DNA from: Trichoplax adhaerens
Taxonomy: Eukaryota; Animalia; Placozoa
DNA: 64,000 bases
Direction: 5' to 3'
Assembly (NCBI RefSeq): GCF_000150275.1
Contig: NW_002060947.1
Location: forward strand, 2,035,740-2,099,739
Of this stretch, positions 52,760 to 64,000 are shown in pieces (positions within the stretch are counted from its first letter, which is position 1; every line of letters begins with the position of its first letter). Made by a program: the position numbers and the translations under genes. The notes under the pieces are model-generated. The model had not been told where the DNA came from. It saw only the letters and a list, made by a program, of their open reading frames with translations, and ran no database searches.

Positions 52760-53400
52760 TTGAACTTTCAAAGGAGGGAAATAACGGAGATCAAATATTG
52801 GTGTTTGAAAGATTTACTTGCTACAGGAAAATTGAGCGGAAGATCGAAAGCATCTTACAGTTGGATTAGAGAACGGAAAATTATGCAGAAGACATAACAC
52901 TCTAGTATGATAGATTAAGTAAGAGGACGGAAAGTGATATAGAAGATAATGCATGCTATAACATGAAAGATTAGGTTGGAGAATAAAAAATAATATGGAA
53001 GAAATAAGGCATTCAACTGCATGGAAGATTGGAATGGAGGATGGAAAATGACGTAGAAGAAATAGTACAATCAATAACATGAAATATTGAACTTGATGAC
53101 GGAACACAATGCGGAAGAAATAACGCTTTCTACAGCATAAAAGATGAAATTGGAAGACAGAAAATGACGTCGAAGACAAAATACATTTTACAGTATGAAA
53201 ACTTAAATTCGAGGACGGAAAATAATATCTATGTTAGAGGGCTTCTACCCTATCATCAATTAAGCTAGAAGAGGGAAATAACGTTGGAGATTAAACTGAT
53301 AGGATAACATAAAAAGATTCCGTTTAAGGAGAAAAATAATGTCAATAATCGATGTCTACCTATTGCAAATAGGATGAGGAAAAAATTGAAGCAACTTTGA
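52760..53400. repeat. Degenerate ~57-58-bp purine-rich minisatellite, ~12 units
   Basis: A core resembling GAGGACGGAAAATGACGTAGAAGA recurs at about 52771, 52826, 52875, 52929, 52985, 53043, 53101, 53159, 53217, 53274, 53331 and 53378. Confidence 0.75.
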
Positions 53401-55004
53401 AAAATGAAGAAAATATATAGTCAAGAAAGAATTTTACCGATGTTATCGTTGTAGGAAATCAATTGAAGATGAATATACTCTTGTATAACAACCTAGCTGG
53501 ATCGATTGGTAACTTTTTCTCTGTCTTTCTGTAATGGTAACGTTTGTTATTAGACAAAGTGAACCATATCCATGAATCAAGAATCAATATCCAAAGTTAT
53601 CAATCAACAACAGAGGATAATGATGATAGTCTAGAAAGCAATCTCCGATTGAAAATCTATCATATAATGATGAAATCAACCGTTATGTTCCACACCTTAT
53701 AGTCGATCTTATTATTTATTGATGCTTACTTATACACACTCGTAGACTCTCTCTCTTTCTGTCCTTCTCTCACTTCTATAAATATCTCCCTTTACCAGGT
53801 TGCCATCACTAGTCAGAGTGTAAGCAATCAATTTAGAGGAGTATATCAAAAAAACAGAAAACGTCATCAATAATGATAACTCTACTACTATTTTTGTATA
53901 TAGAAAAGTAACATATCTAGACTCCTTGTTCAGTAATAGAGGGTAGAAAATTGGTTGATGACTATGATGTTTGCATGTTCTTTTTCTCTTCATCAACATG
54001 GAGACAAAAAGGTATTACATCAAAAAAAATAACTTAGCAACGGCTATTGATAGATTGTTGTCGATCGGTTTGTATTTAGATAGTGTACTGGAGAGTAGCC
54101 GTAATGCGTTGTACTATTAATTGGATAACTATTCAACAGCGACCTATTGCATGGATATCTTTTGGTCAAATTTGTATAGGTTAAGATTGAACAAACTGTC
54201 AAGAATACAATCGCCATGACAATAACAAGATATAATCAATAAATGGAGACTAGTATTCAACGACTACTGTTGACACTCGATAGGATATAGTCGTTGGTCA
54301 ATAGTCAGTTTATTTTAAAATAATGTCTGTTGTGACAGTATTGAAAATGACTTTCAACGGGATACAAGTGGATCAAATGGATTAAAGCAACAACAAATTG
54401 AAATGTTGATTTAAAATCAATCTTGTTGAGATGATGGAGTATGATGCTAAGGAGATGAAGTAATAGATGGTCCAATGCAGGTTATGCTCAGCAAGATAGT
54501 CCTTGTTAGCTCAAGATGACCCCAGCCAAGACGATCAGTACTGGAAAATGGAAAGGATTAATTATTATCCTTTCCCCTGTTGATTTTTAATTAACAGGGA
54601 AATATCATCATCTTCCAAGCTGTTGAATAATTTAATAGGTCAATGGATTCAAATTTATACTACGGCAATTTTTATTTTCAACCATGGATTCAATTTCTTC
54701 ATTTCTTTTTCAACACAAGGCCGCATACTCCATTCAATAGGTTCAACATCGATTGTTTTCAATGTTACTTTATGGCTATTCAAAAGTTGCCATCCTTTGT
54801 TTAAGTTGTTTAAAATGCGAAGGGGTAAGTTCACCACGGATAAAATGGATTTAGATTCAAATTAAAGAATCAATGGTGAGTAGAATAGAATAATATAATT
54901 ATTCTTTTGTCATGTAAGATGTTAATGTGTTATTGTTGATCGCTGGCCGTATTATAGCGATGGATAATTATTCCAAATCACTTATTGTTTAGCTGTTCTG
55001 AGGA

Positions 55005-56500
55005 ATAAACTGTCATTAGCAGCCATTAACTACATGCCTTCCCATAGCTATACATTCCATTTTCATTAAAGTACTAGTCGAGTTGAGATACCCTGGTCCT
55101 TGGATAAGACATCTCCAATCCAGTCGCGGTCGACTCGTTGATACCTGTACTTTCGTGCGATATGCTATGATTGAAGTTATTAGCGACAAATTTGGGGTGT
55201 TATTAACAGCTATTAGCTACTTGCCTTCCCGTAGCTATATTGTAGGTTCCATTTTCGTTTGAATTACTGATCGATTTAAGATACCCTAGTTCTTGGTTAA
55301 GATATCTATAATTCAACCGCTATCGACCCATTGATACGCGTACTTTCGCGCGATATGTCATGATTGCACTTATTAGCGACCGATTCTGACTGTCATTAGC
55401 AGCTATTACCTGCGTGTCTTCTTTGGCTATAAATTCTGTTTACATGGAATTCGTGGTGGACTTGAGATACCCTGGTCGTGATGTTGTGTATGAGCCCAAC
55501 TTTATTAAACTGGTTAAGTATCCAATTACTGCACTATCCAACTTATTGCATCCAATTTCACGCTGTAAAGAATATACATCTCGATATCCTATATCTAAAT
55601 ACATATTAATCTATATGATACCATGCTAGGCTACAATACTACATCTTAGTTTGACGAAATTACTACTTATTAATTATGTATAAGTATACGTATATATATA
55701 TATATATATGGATATATGTCCAATTAGTTGTATTATGGCTATACTACTACAAATTAATTTAACTACATATAAGTATGCAGATTTTAAAAGCGTCATTCAC
55801 TACGCCTTGATTAATTAAGGTTAAGATATTTCTAAAATCCAACTGCTGCCGATTTGTTGATACTCTTATTTTCGCCTGCGCTAGGCCATAATTGATGTTA
55901 TTATTATTACTGGCGATTATCAGATTGCGACTGTCATTAGTAATACGATAGACCGGCGTTTATCATTAATTTACAATTAGCAGCCATTAACCATACGCTT
56001 TTTATGGCTTTAGATTTCATTCTTATTGAGTTACTAGTCGATTTGCGATACCCTAGTCTTTGGTTAAGATATCTCCAATTCAACCGCTGTCAACTCGTTG
56101 ATACGGCTAATTTCGCCTGTGATAGGTCATAGTTGCGGTTATATTAATTAATTATTATTAACGATCATCGGATTTTAACTGTTCGTAGTCATACGAAAGA
56201 CCAGCGTTTATCATTGACTCGCAATTAGCAGCTATTAACTACATACCTCTTTTGGCTACAAATTCTATTTTCATTGATCTACTAGTGGGCCTGAGATATC
56301 CTGGCTTTGGTTAAGGTATCTCCAATCCAAATGCTGTCGACTAGTTAATATGCGTACTTTGGCCTGCGATATACCATTAATATGGTTATTAACGATCACT
56401 GGATCATGACTGTCATTAACAGTTATCAGCTATCACTTATCTTTCTTTGACTACATTCCATTTTTATTGAATTACTGGTCAATTTGAGATATCCTAGTTA
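55005..56500. repeat. Degenerate ~190-250-bp tandem array, ~6-7 units
   Basis: '(tgtc)attagcagc.atta...tactagtcga.ttgagataccct.gt..ttggttaagatatctccaat' recurs near 55011, 55200, 55391, 55975, 56224 and 56411. Confidence 0.85.
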
Positions 56501-56729
56501 AGACAGTTCAAGTGAATTCTACGTAGACTTCTTGAGGATCATACCTATATCTGATAGGATTTAATTATTTTAAAAAGAGGATTAATCAGTTTTATGGATG
56601 ATGCGAATGCGAGAATTCAACTGTATGCGCATACTATTCTATGTAGCAATTGGGTTAAAACTAGTTCCTCAGGGTTCTTACTGCCACATTTGGAGGGCAA
56701 GCGCTTTTACCTTATTAAATATACTAAGC

Positions 56730-57270
56730 TTCTATCGCCTTCATATCTTCGATAGCAATCTAGCTTTCTACAATATAAAATCCAAGATCGGATTAAAGGT
56801 AATTACGCGTATATGCGCAATCCTGATCTTGAATTCTGGATAGAGTAAACTACAGCAGACAATAGTTGCTCGGAGTTCTCATTCCTAATTTAAAGAGTAC
56901 GCGTAATTATTTCAACTTCTTACAACACTAAACTCTATCGTCTTTATTGTCTTCGATGGTGATCTAGCTTTTCATAGTTAATAAATTTAAGATCAGGATT
57001 GAGAGGGATTATATCCTCAATCCTGCTGTTGAATTTTTGATAGAGTAAACTAGTCAATAGTTGCTGTGGGATTCTCATTCCTACATTTGACGGTCACCGT
57101 TATTGTTATTATCTTCTAGAGGGATTTAGCTATCAAACCAAACAGAGAAGTATAGTACGCGAAGTATAACGAGAAAAGGATATACTAGTAATTAATAAAA
57201 ATAGATCAGGGTTGAGGGAGATATATCTTCCATTCTGAACATAAATTCTTAATGCAATAAACTTAGTTCC
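56730..57270. repeat. Degenerate ~200-bp repeat (2-3 copies) with an internal inverted repeat
   Basis: 'tcttcgat.g..atctagcttt...aagatc.ggatt...caatcctg.t.ttgaatt.tggatagagtaaacta' near 56745 and 56950; partial copy near 57203. Confidence 0.65.
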
Positions 57271-58539
57271 TGCTCTGTACATATATTCTCGCCATAGGGG
57301 TCATTAATGAGTTTGCACATTTAAACAGCGATGCGTTGCACTATATTTTAGCGTCGGCTATCCTATGATCTCCATGGGACTACCCAACTACACCAGCATG
57401 ATATCATACAAAATTGGGTACTCTTATTTGGAGGTTTAACAAGAGCCTCTAGGAAGCAATTTAGACTACCCATACCTATAAGTATGCTTTTGCTATCCTT
57501 AGAATGAATTTCTTCCAGGCTGCCTAGCTTCAGCATGTTATCGGTAATATGGCGAAAAACTGTGTGCCTTAGGTAAAGAGCAAGGATTACGTCCCCATCA
57601 CTGCCAACTTACTGTATCCATTAATTTTGACAGACAACAGTAACAAAATTATAATGTGGCCTTACCGCATTATAGTTTCTACATGATACATCGCTAAATG
57701 ATCTATTTAGTAATCTATGGATGCAGTTTCAATCAGCTATCGGCTAATCTACAGGCATGCAATAATATTCTGGTTACCAGTCCCATTTTTAATGACTTGA
57801 TTCATGATGATACTTTAAATATGGAAAGTTTAATGAAATATGGAGCTTTCCTTGCCTAAAGAAAGGACATTAACAAGAGATTGATGATATATGGTATAAT
57901 CAAAACGCTGAGAATAGAATCAAAGAATAGCACAAAAAGGATTACGCTTTTTACTTTTAAGAACAAGAAAATGGCGACTGATAAATCCGAGTCGTTAAAG
58001 CTTTATTCTTGTACTCATTAGTGATGAAAATAAATTGATCTTGAATGCAAACTCTGAAGCTCTAATGTTCACTGCACATACAGTTTACAAGGTAACAGAT
58101 GGCTGATACGAATTAATCCAACAGAAGACTCGATTCGATCCTGAAGACTACAGAAATGAAGCTTTCTATTTCACCACTACAGTTTTTCTTACTGTCTAAT
58201 GGCAATCAATACACAGTAATGCTATCTCTTGCTAATTCATCATATACTGTAGTTTCCTAGGTACTGAAGGGAATGTTTTCCGTTTTTTCTACCAAAGTAC
58301 CAAAACACCAGGTAGTTGATTTGAGTGAAAGCAGGAATAGCACATTAACTATTTACTACTTTATTACAGAATAAAGTCAAATAAGGGATAGTAGAATGTG
58401 ATTCATTCAATATTGTACCCAATTTCAAACGATTCTTTGAGCATTTATAATGCAACAATCACCCAAATACAGTATCGTGGAGTATTCAATTTATCAGTAC
58501 AGGGGAGATATCAGCAAAAGCGATGTTTAATCTTTTATT

Positions 58540-60310
58540 ACTGGACGTTATTTGACCTAATTGAAATTTTAAACTTTTCTAGTTATGCACAGCTGCATTC
58601 GAACCATTCTATTGGCGCATGGGCTTTAACGTTAACTGGAATATCTGTAAATTCTATCTGCAATTCTCTAATATTGGATGTTGTGTAAACTAATTGAAAT
58701 TCTCAATCATACAGTATTATACTCGAATTAAATCATTGTGGAATAATACAGCAAAATATTTGCCACTATGCAATGTAAGAATATCTGCAAATCCTATCTT
58801 CTGTCATAATACATTATTTGAACTAGTTGAAATTTTAAATCGTTCTAATAATAAAATTAAATCAGACTAGTGAACAGCTACATTTAAATCATGCTGTTTT
58901 AGAATAATGAGCTATAATATTTGCTACTACAACTGAAATTCCTGTAAATTCTATCTGCAATTCTCTAACATTAAATGTTATATAGCATAGTTGAAATTCT
59001 AAATCATCTTAATCATACAGTGCTGCACTCAAATTATAATATTTTGGAATCATAAAGCAAAACATTTACCATTCTAGGAAGAATAGTTGTAAACCCTATC
59101 TTCAAAGTATTACAATGCATTAGTTGAACTAGTTGAGATTTTAAATTATTCTAATGATGTACAGTAGGCCGATAAAATTTTATAAGACTTAATTGGTCTA
59201 ATACATAGTAGCATTCGAATCATCTGTTGTGTGATAATGAACCACAACATTTATTACTAAAGCTGAAATTCCTGTAAACCCGATCTGTAATTCTCTAACA
59301 TTGGGCGTTATATGACCTGGATAAAATTCTAAATCACCTTAAGTCATGCAGGGCTACACTCAAATTATACTGTTGTGAAGTAATGAAGCGAAATACTTAT
59401 CACAACAGTAAGGATAGCTGTAAGTCCTATCTTCAAACTATCATGATACGTTATTTGATCTGTTTGAGATTCTCAACTATTCTAATCATGCACAGCTGCC
59501 TTCGAATCACACTATTGTGGATAAGCTTTCACGTTATATAACCTAGTGGAAATTCTAAGTCATCCTAATCTTGAGGTGTAACGCTCAAATTATAATGCTA
59601 CGGTATGCTAAAGTGAAAAATTTACTATTATCGTAAGAATAACTGAAAATTTTATCTCTAAACTATCATTGGACGTTATTTGACCTAGTTGAAATACTAA
59701 ATTATTCTAATTATATACTATTGCATTCGAATCACATTGTTGAGTTACAACATTTCTACTACAATTGGAACATCTTTAAATCCAATCTTAAACTCTCTAA
59801 CACTGTATGTTATATACCCTAGTTAAAATTCTAAATCATTTTAATTATGTGGTGCTGCACTCAAATTATACTGCTACGGTAAAAATGAACCCTAAGCATA
59901 TACTATTACAGTTAGCATGCTTATAAATTCTATCGTTAATTCTCTTGCATTAAATGTTATTTGACCTAGTTGAAATTTTAAATCATTCTAGTCATATTTC
60001 ATTATGTTGTTGAAGAATAATAAAGCTTAACATTGATTGCTACAGTAGGAATACCTGTAAATCCTATATTTACTCACTACTGTTGGTTGCTATCTGATCT
60101 AGTTGGAGTCACTCTAACCGTGCAGTAGTGCATTAGTTATGCGACTTCAATATATTGTTGTGAATTAATAAAAAAGCATAACATTTCCCACTACAGTAAG
60201 AATATCTGTAAATCCCAGTCTCATTTAATCCTCTATTAATGGATGTTCTGTGACCTAGAGTAGGTGAAAATTTTAAATCATGCGAATTATGCAGTACGGC
60301 ATTCGAAACA
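58540..60310. repeat. Degenerate ~140-150-bp tandem array (~13 units), apparently with alternating A/B subunits
   Basis: 'tt(t/a)gacctagttgaaatt(t/c)taaatcat' variants near 58548, 58690, 58817, 58985, 59124, 59312, 59453, 59540, 59678, 59815, 59960, 60093 and 60250. Units alternately contain 'gcattcgaatca' or 'cactcaaattata'. Confidence 0.85.
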
Positions 60311-61151
60311 TACGTTATTAAATTGCTACAATAACGTAGATAAAATTGACTTGTCTGTTCAATATCCTTTCATATTCATTAGTATGAAGTAAGTATTGAA
60401 TTGCTAATGATGCTCATAGTATAAAATCCTTATAAATACCTTCAAGAACTAAATGCTATTACCACTAATATAAAAACTTTATTTCCTTTTATATAGTCTC
60501 ATCCCTTCTTATTACAGCGATTGATGCCATCTTAGAAGTATTTTACAGCATGGAAACATTATCAATACTACAGTATTGCATGATAACAACGTATGCTTTA
60601 GTGATCAAAGTTACCTTTATGTGTAGTTATTTGCAAAACAGCTTCCATTTCAAATGATAACGATACACTACAAAGCATAACAATCATCAAGATAGATACA
60701 GTAATAACGAGTCCAACCAATCTACAAGGTGGATCACAAGCAAACTAAGATATCCTTTTCCATTGCGACATGATATTTCTGCATAATTTAGTACAGTAAC
60801 GGCTGACAGCTATCAGCCATAATCAATTTTATTATAACGCTACAATTTTTGCCAATTATTCTATACATCGGAAATAATTGTATTATACGTATTAGTTGGC
60901 TTATTTGTCACATGCGGATTACAGTCGACATATTTATCGAAGCCAATTTTAGTATTCGTAGTGGCATTCGAGTATGCTTCATCCGTAAACCATTTTTTTT
61001 TCCATAATTTATCGCTAGTCTGATAATCCAAAGCAAATATCATGGCAGCTATCTCATTTTTCGCCTTTTCCAATACGTTCAAAATAATTATCTATTATCA
61101 AATCGTCTTGGGAGGACTGCTATGCAATTGCATTGAAGTTGTTCAACGTTA

Positions 61152-61460
61152 CTAATATCTAGGGAGAAAAACTTTACCATTGCTACATAACAAAGGACCA
61201 ATTCTTGCTTGACCATTGATAACTGCTTGACCTTCAATAATTTTCACAGGTTGGACCTTAACTAATCGATGAACTGTATGAATCATACCATTAATTGTTG
61301 GAGTATTTTTATGGACGACAGTTTTATTGATCTTATTTAATCCCAATGCCTTTAACGTTCTTTTCTCCCAATATGGCCGACCAATACCACTTCGTATCTG
61401 TGTAACCGCATGTAATTTGGAAGCAACTTGAGCACTTTTCGACATTGTTGAAAGTATCAT
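61152..61460 (-). CDS. MRPL30: Mitochondrial ribosomal protein uL30m, single coding exon
   Basis: KLHAVTQIRSGIGRPYWEKRTLKALGL...VVHKNTPTINGMIHTVHRLVKVQP matches the animal MRPL30 core. Confidence 0.92.
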   Translation of the reverse strand: MILSTMSKSAQVASKLHAVTQIRSGIGRPYWEKRTLKALGLNKINKTVVHKNTPTINGMIHTVHRLVKVQPVKIIEGQAVINGQARIGPLLCSNGKVFLPRY

Positions 61461-61941
61461 ACGATCAATTAAAGATAAACAATTTTAAAATAACCAACTA
61501 CCAGCCAAATAAGGGAAAATTGAATCCAGATTGGGCTACTTGAAGCAGAAAAAGAGAGCAGCTCGAAATGCTAGCTAGCAATCTTATGGTCTTCCTGGCA
61601 ATAATGACTTTTATTGCTACTCGTACAATAATCTTACTTAGTGGTTGTTGACTAGGTGTTAGCACTGCGATGAGCTTTACTATAGGCTAAATGGATCATG
61701 GCTTAGGTGACACGTTGCCTCTTTCCATACGCAGTCGTAGCTTGCGCATGGCACTATAGTACGCTATAGGCTAATTTGTTATATATGTACACCCTAGTTA
61801 GGCCATGGTGTGCTGTTCTAGCGCGTACGGTACATGATGCCATCGGCCATACTGTGTATTACTCACAGCGCGGCATCGCAGTAAGATTCTCTGTCGTAGT
61901 CTCAAGATTCCTTGTCGAGCCTATCAACAACGAAGAAAATC
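61461..61941. promoter_or_regulatory. Compact bidirectional promoter MRPL30/VMA21
   Basis: The divergent ATGs are 481 bp apart. The segment at about 61700-61900 is richer in GC/CpG (tgcgcatgg, gcgcgtacg, cagcgcggc). Confidence 0.6.
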
Positions 61942-63386
61942 ATGGCCCAACGTTCTGCAGCAGCACCAATTGCTCAACATCGAGCTCAAGTTGGCACTCA
62001 ATTCGGGTAAGAATTGGATTTCTCTTTATGGATCAAGAGGCTAGAGAGGATACTATAATAGTTATGCTACGAAAAAGTTGTCACACTGTAGAATATTTCT
62101 CAAAGGAGGATGAAATTCAATTTGTTGGTCAAGCAATCATTAATTATAAAATCAATTCCAAGAACGTAGCATAATATAGAAGCAGATTTCATACGTTACT
62201 GAGTTATAGTATGAATTATCTGCAGGTAGAATAGGTATCCTTATTGATTGTGCTAGTTATTCATAGTTTTAGGTAGGGTAGAGTGCAAGCAACATGAGTG
62301 AACGACATAAAATATCATGCAAATCCATTTTCGACACCTTTCGTAATTATAATCAATGTACAGTACTAGTAAATAGACTGTACCAAAGGATAGAAATTAT
62401 AATAATCCTATAACCTACTCGACATCTAATACCAATCTTTGATTCGATCCAATTCTCTCACTTGGTTACTAATTAATCTCTAAAGTATACTGTAATTTAC
62501 AGTAAACAGCAACAATCTACAACTTCAAGCGCTCATAGTGCGCGAGTAATACAAGTTCAAATACCTATCATGTATTGTGCAAAACAACTTTAGAAAGCGT
62601 TAATCTAATAATTCTCACATTATAATAGACGTAGTATGTAACACATTTGTTCTTAATAACGCTATCTGTCTATTTTACTTTGATCAATTTAGGCCCAGGG
62701 AGCTGTCTGTTTTAATGAAATTACTCTTTTATTCAATTGCTATGATTACTTTACCTATCGGATCTTATTTCCTTACCAAGGGATATTTATTCGAAGGTAA
62801 GCCAACTAGCTAACTAGCATACAATCTATATCTAGCAATGTTACAACGTTCTGTAAGATGTCATATCTTTCATAGGATTTTACTAATCGCCTTTCTACTC
62901 ACCGGATAATTCTTATCTTATGATACGCTGTAAAATAGTAAAATCTACCTTTAATAACTTTGCATCGTGCAATGAGCCATATGGTGCAAGAAATATCAAA
63001 TCCATCGACACCTTCCATTCGTTATAACTTTCATCACACTGTTATAAGAGTAGCTCTTGTTCACTTTGTATCATTTATTGCGCCAATAAGACTAAATTAT
63101 CAACAGTTTAAAAGATATTTTCAGTAGCTAACTTTATCTTATCATTAAGTTAAAGGATAGACATATCCGTCAAGTTACGCTGACCTAATAAGCTATCAGT
63201 TATCTTGTTACAATCGATACTCAACTGTGTACAATAATTTTATTTCTTCATACAGCTTATATGGGTATTGAAAACGGCTCTATTCCTGCAGCTATAGTTA
63301 CTGTTGTTATGGTTCATGTTATAATTGGATTCTATATTCGATCAGCTTGGAATGAAGAAGTTGCTGAAAAACCAAAAGATGATTGA
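61942..63386 (+). CDS. VMA21: V-ATPase assembly factor VMA21, 3 exons, 99 aa (absent from the ORF track)
   Basis: Exons 61942-62006, 62693-62796 and 63256-63386 give ...SVLMKLLFYSIAMITLPIGSYFLTKGYLFEAYMGIENGSIPAAIVTVVMVHVIIGFYIRSAWNEEVAEKPKDD*. It has two TM helices and a C-terminal KxKxx ER-retrieval signal. Confidence 0.92.
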
Positions 63387-64000
63387 TTTCCAGTGTAATG
63401 AATTTTGTAAATGAGGAAGGCGATAGGCTGCACAAATACATTATGCCTATTCAATCCAATGATGATAGTCAGTTGCACTGTTGATATATAATTTAGAACC
63501 ATACTTAAAAATGTTAAGTAGTCTAATACCTTTTATATTCGATAAACATGTTACTTGCATTAATTGTTCACTAAAGCTGTTAATTGACTGATTGCAATTT
63601 TATCGTCACTCTACTAAATTGCATAGTATATTAGCAACTATATGAAGTGCCTTTAGCAGTAAAATGATGTGAGCAGACCTAGCAGGTACTATTGATATCA
63701 TATTTATTATTAAACTACACTGTTATATCATCTTTCAAGGATGCAGAATTATCTAATTCTCTTCATGTTAATCGATAAGGGGTTGCTATTCAACGATGAT
63801 GTTGCTGAAAGTAACCTTACTTTAACAGTAAGCTGTTTTGTGTGATAAGTAGATTAAGATTAGAAACAAGCTGGTGCTATAAAGAAATCGCTTACCAGAT
63901 TAATACTAGTTAGATACGTGTATACTATGAGTTATAACACAGCTTAATGAATGGTGTAAACGATATTCTCATTTACTATCGTTTTAGTATTTTGAGAAAC

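Noticed and set aside
52760-53400. CRISPR-like repeat/spacer look, and the 121-aa ORF 52814-53179
   Set aside because: Eukaryotic context, no cas genes, degenerate repeats and mutually similar 'spacers'. The 58-bp period shifts the frame each unit, so the ORF is incidental.
58398-60310. Possible leucine-rich-repeat pseudogene
   Set aside because: No LxxLxLxxN periodicity in any frame I checked, and unit lengths are irregular.
60861-61082. 73-aa ORF directly downstream of MRPL30
   Set aside because: TTG start, no recognisable homology, and it lies in the probable 3' UTR. It cannot be supported without expression data.
61776-62174. 132-aa ORF over the VMA21 start
   Set aside because: It is in a different frame from the spliced VMA21 exon 1, starts at TTG, and runs through promoter and intron.

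Overview
AT-rich genomic DNA from an intron-rich, compact animal genome. The short GT-AG introns and the gene set are consistent with a placozoan such as Trichoplax (inference, not proven). I can build eight genes from splice signals and conserved motifs: POU4/Brn3 (+, homeodomain cut off before helix 3, next to an N), OBI1/RNF219 (-), NUDT6 (+), intronless ALG11 (-), PAN3 (+, 15 exons), PPEF/rdgC phosphatase (-, 17 exons, including a distant MGCGPS first exon and a GC-AG intron), MRPL30 (-) and VMA21 (+). Six genes form three head-to-head pairs. Two of the shared promoters carry local tandem duplications and dense TACAGTA/CAGTACTG motif clusters; one duplication copies the OBI1 promoter and first codons four times. 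POU4 and OBI1 are neighbours here as in human 13q, and most genes have human orthologues on the chr4/5/13/X ParaHox paralogon. Many degenerate tandem arrays lie in PAN3 intron 1 and in a repeat island at about 52.1-60.3 kb. I found no rRNA, tRNA, CRISPR array or intact transposon.
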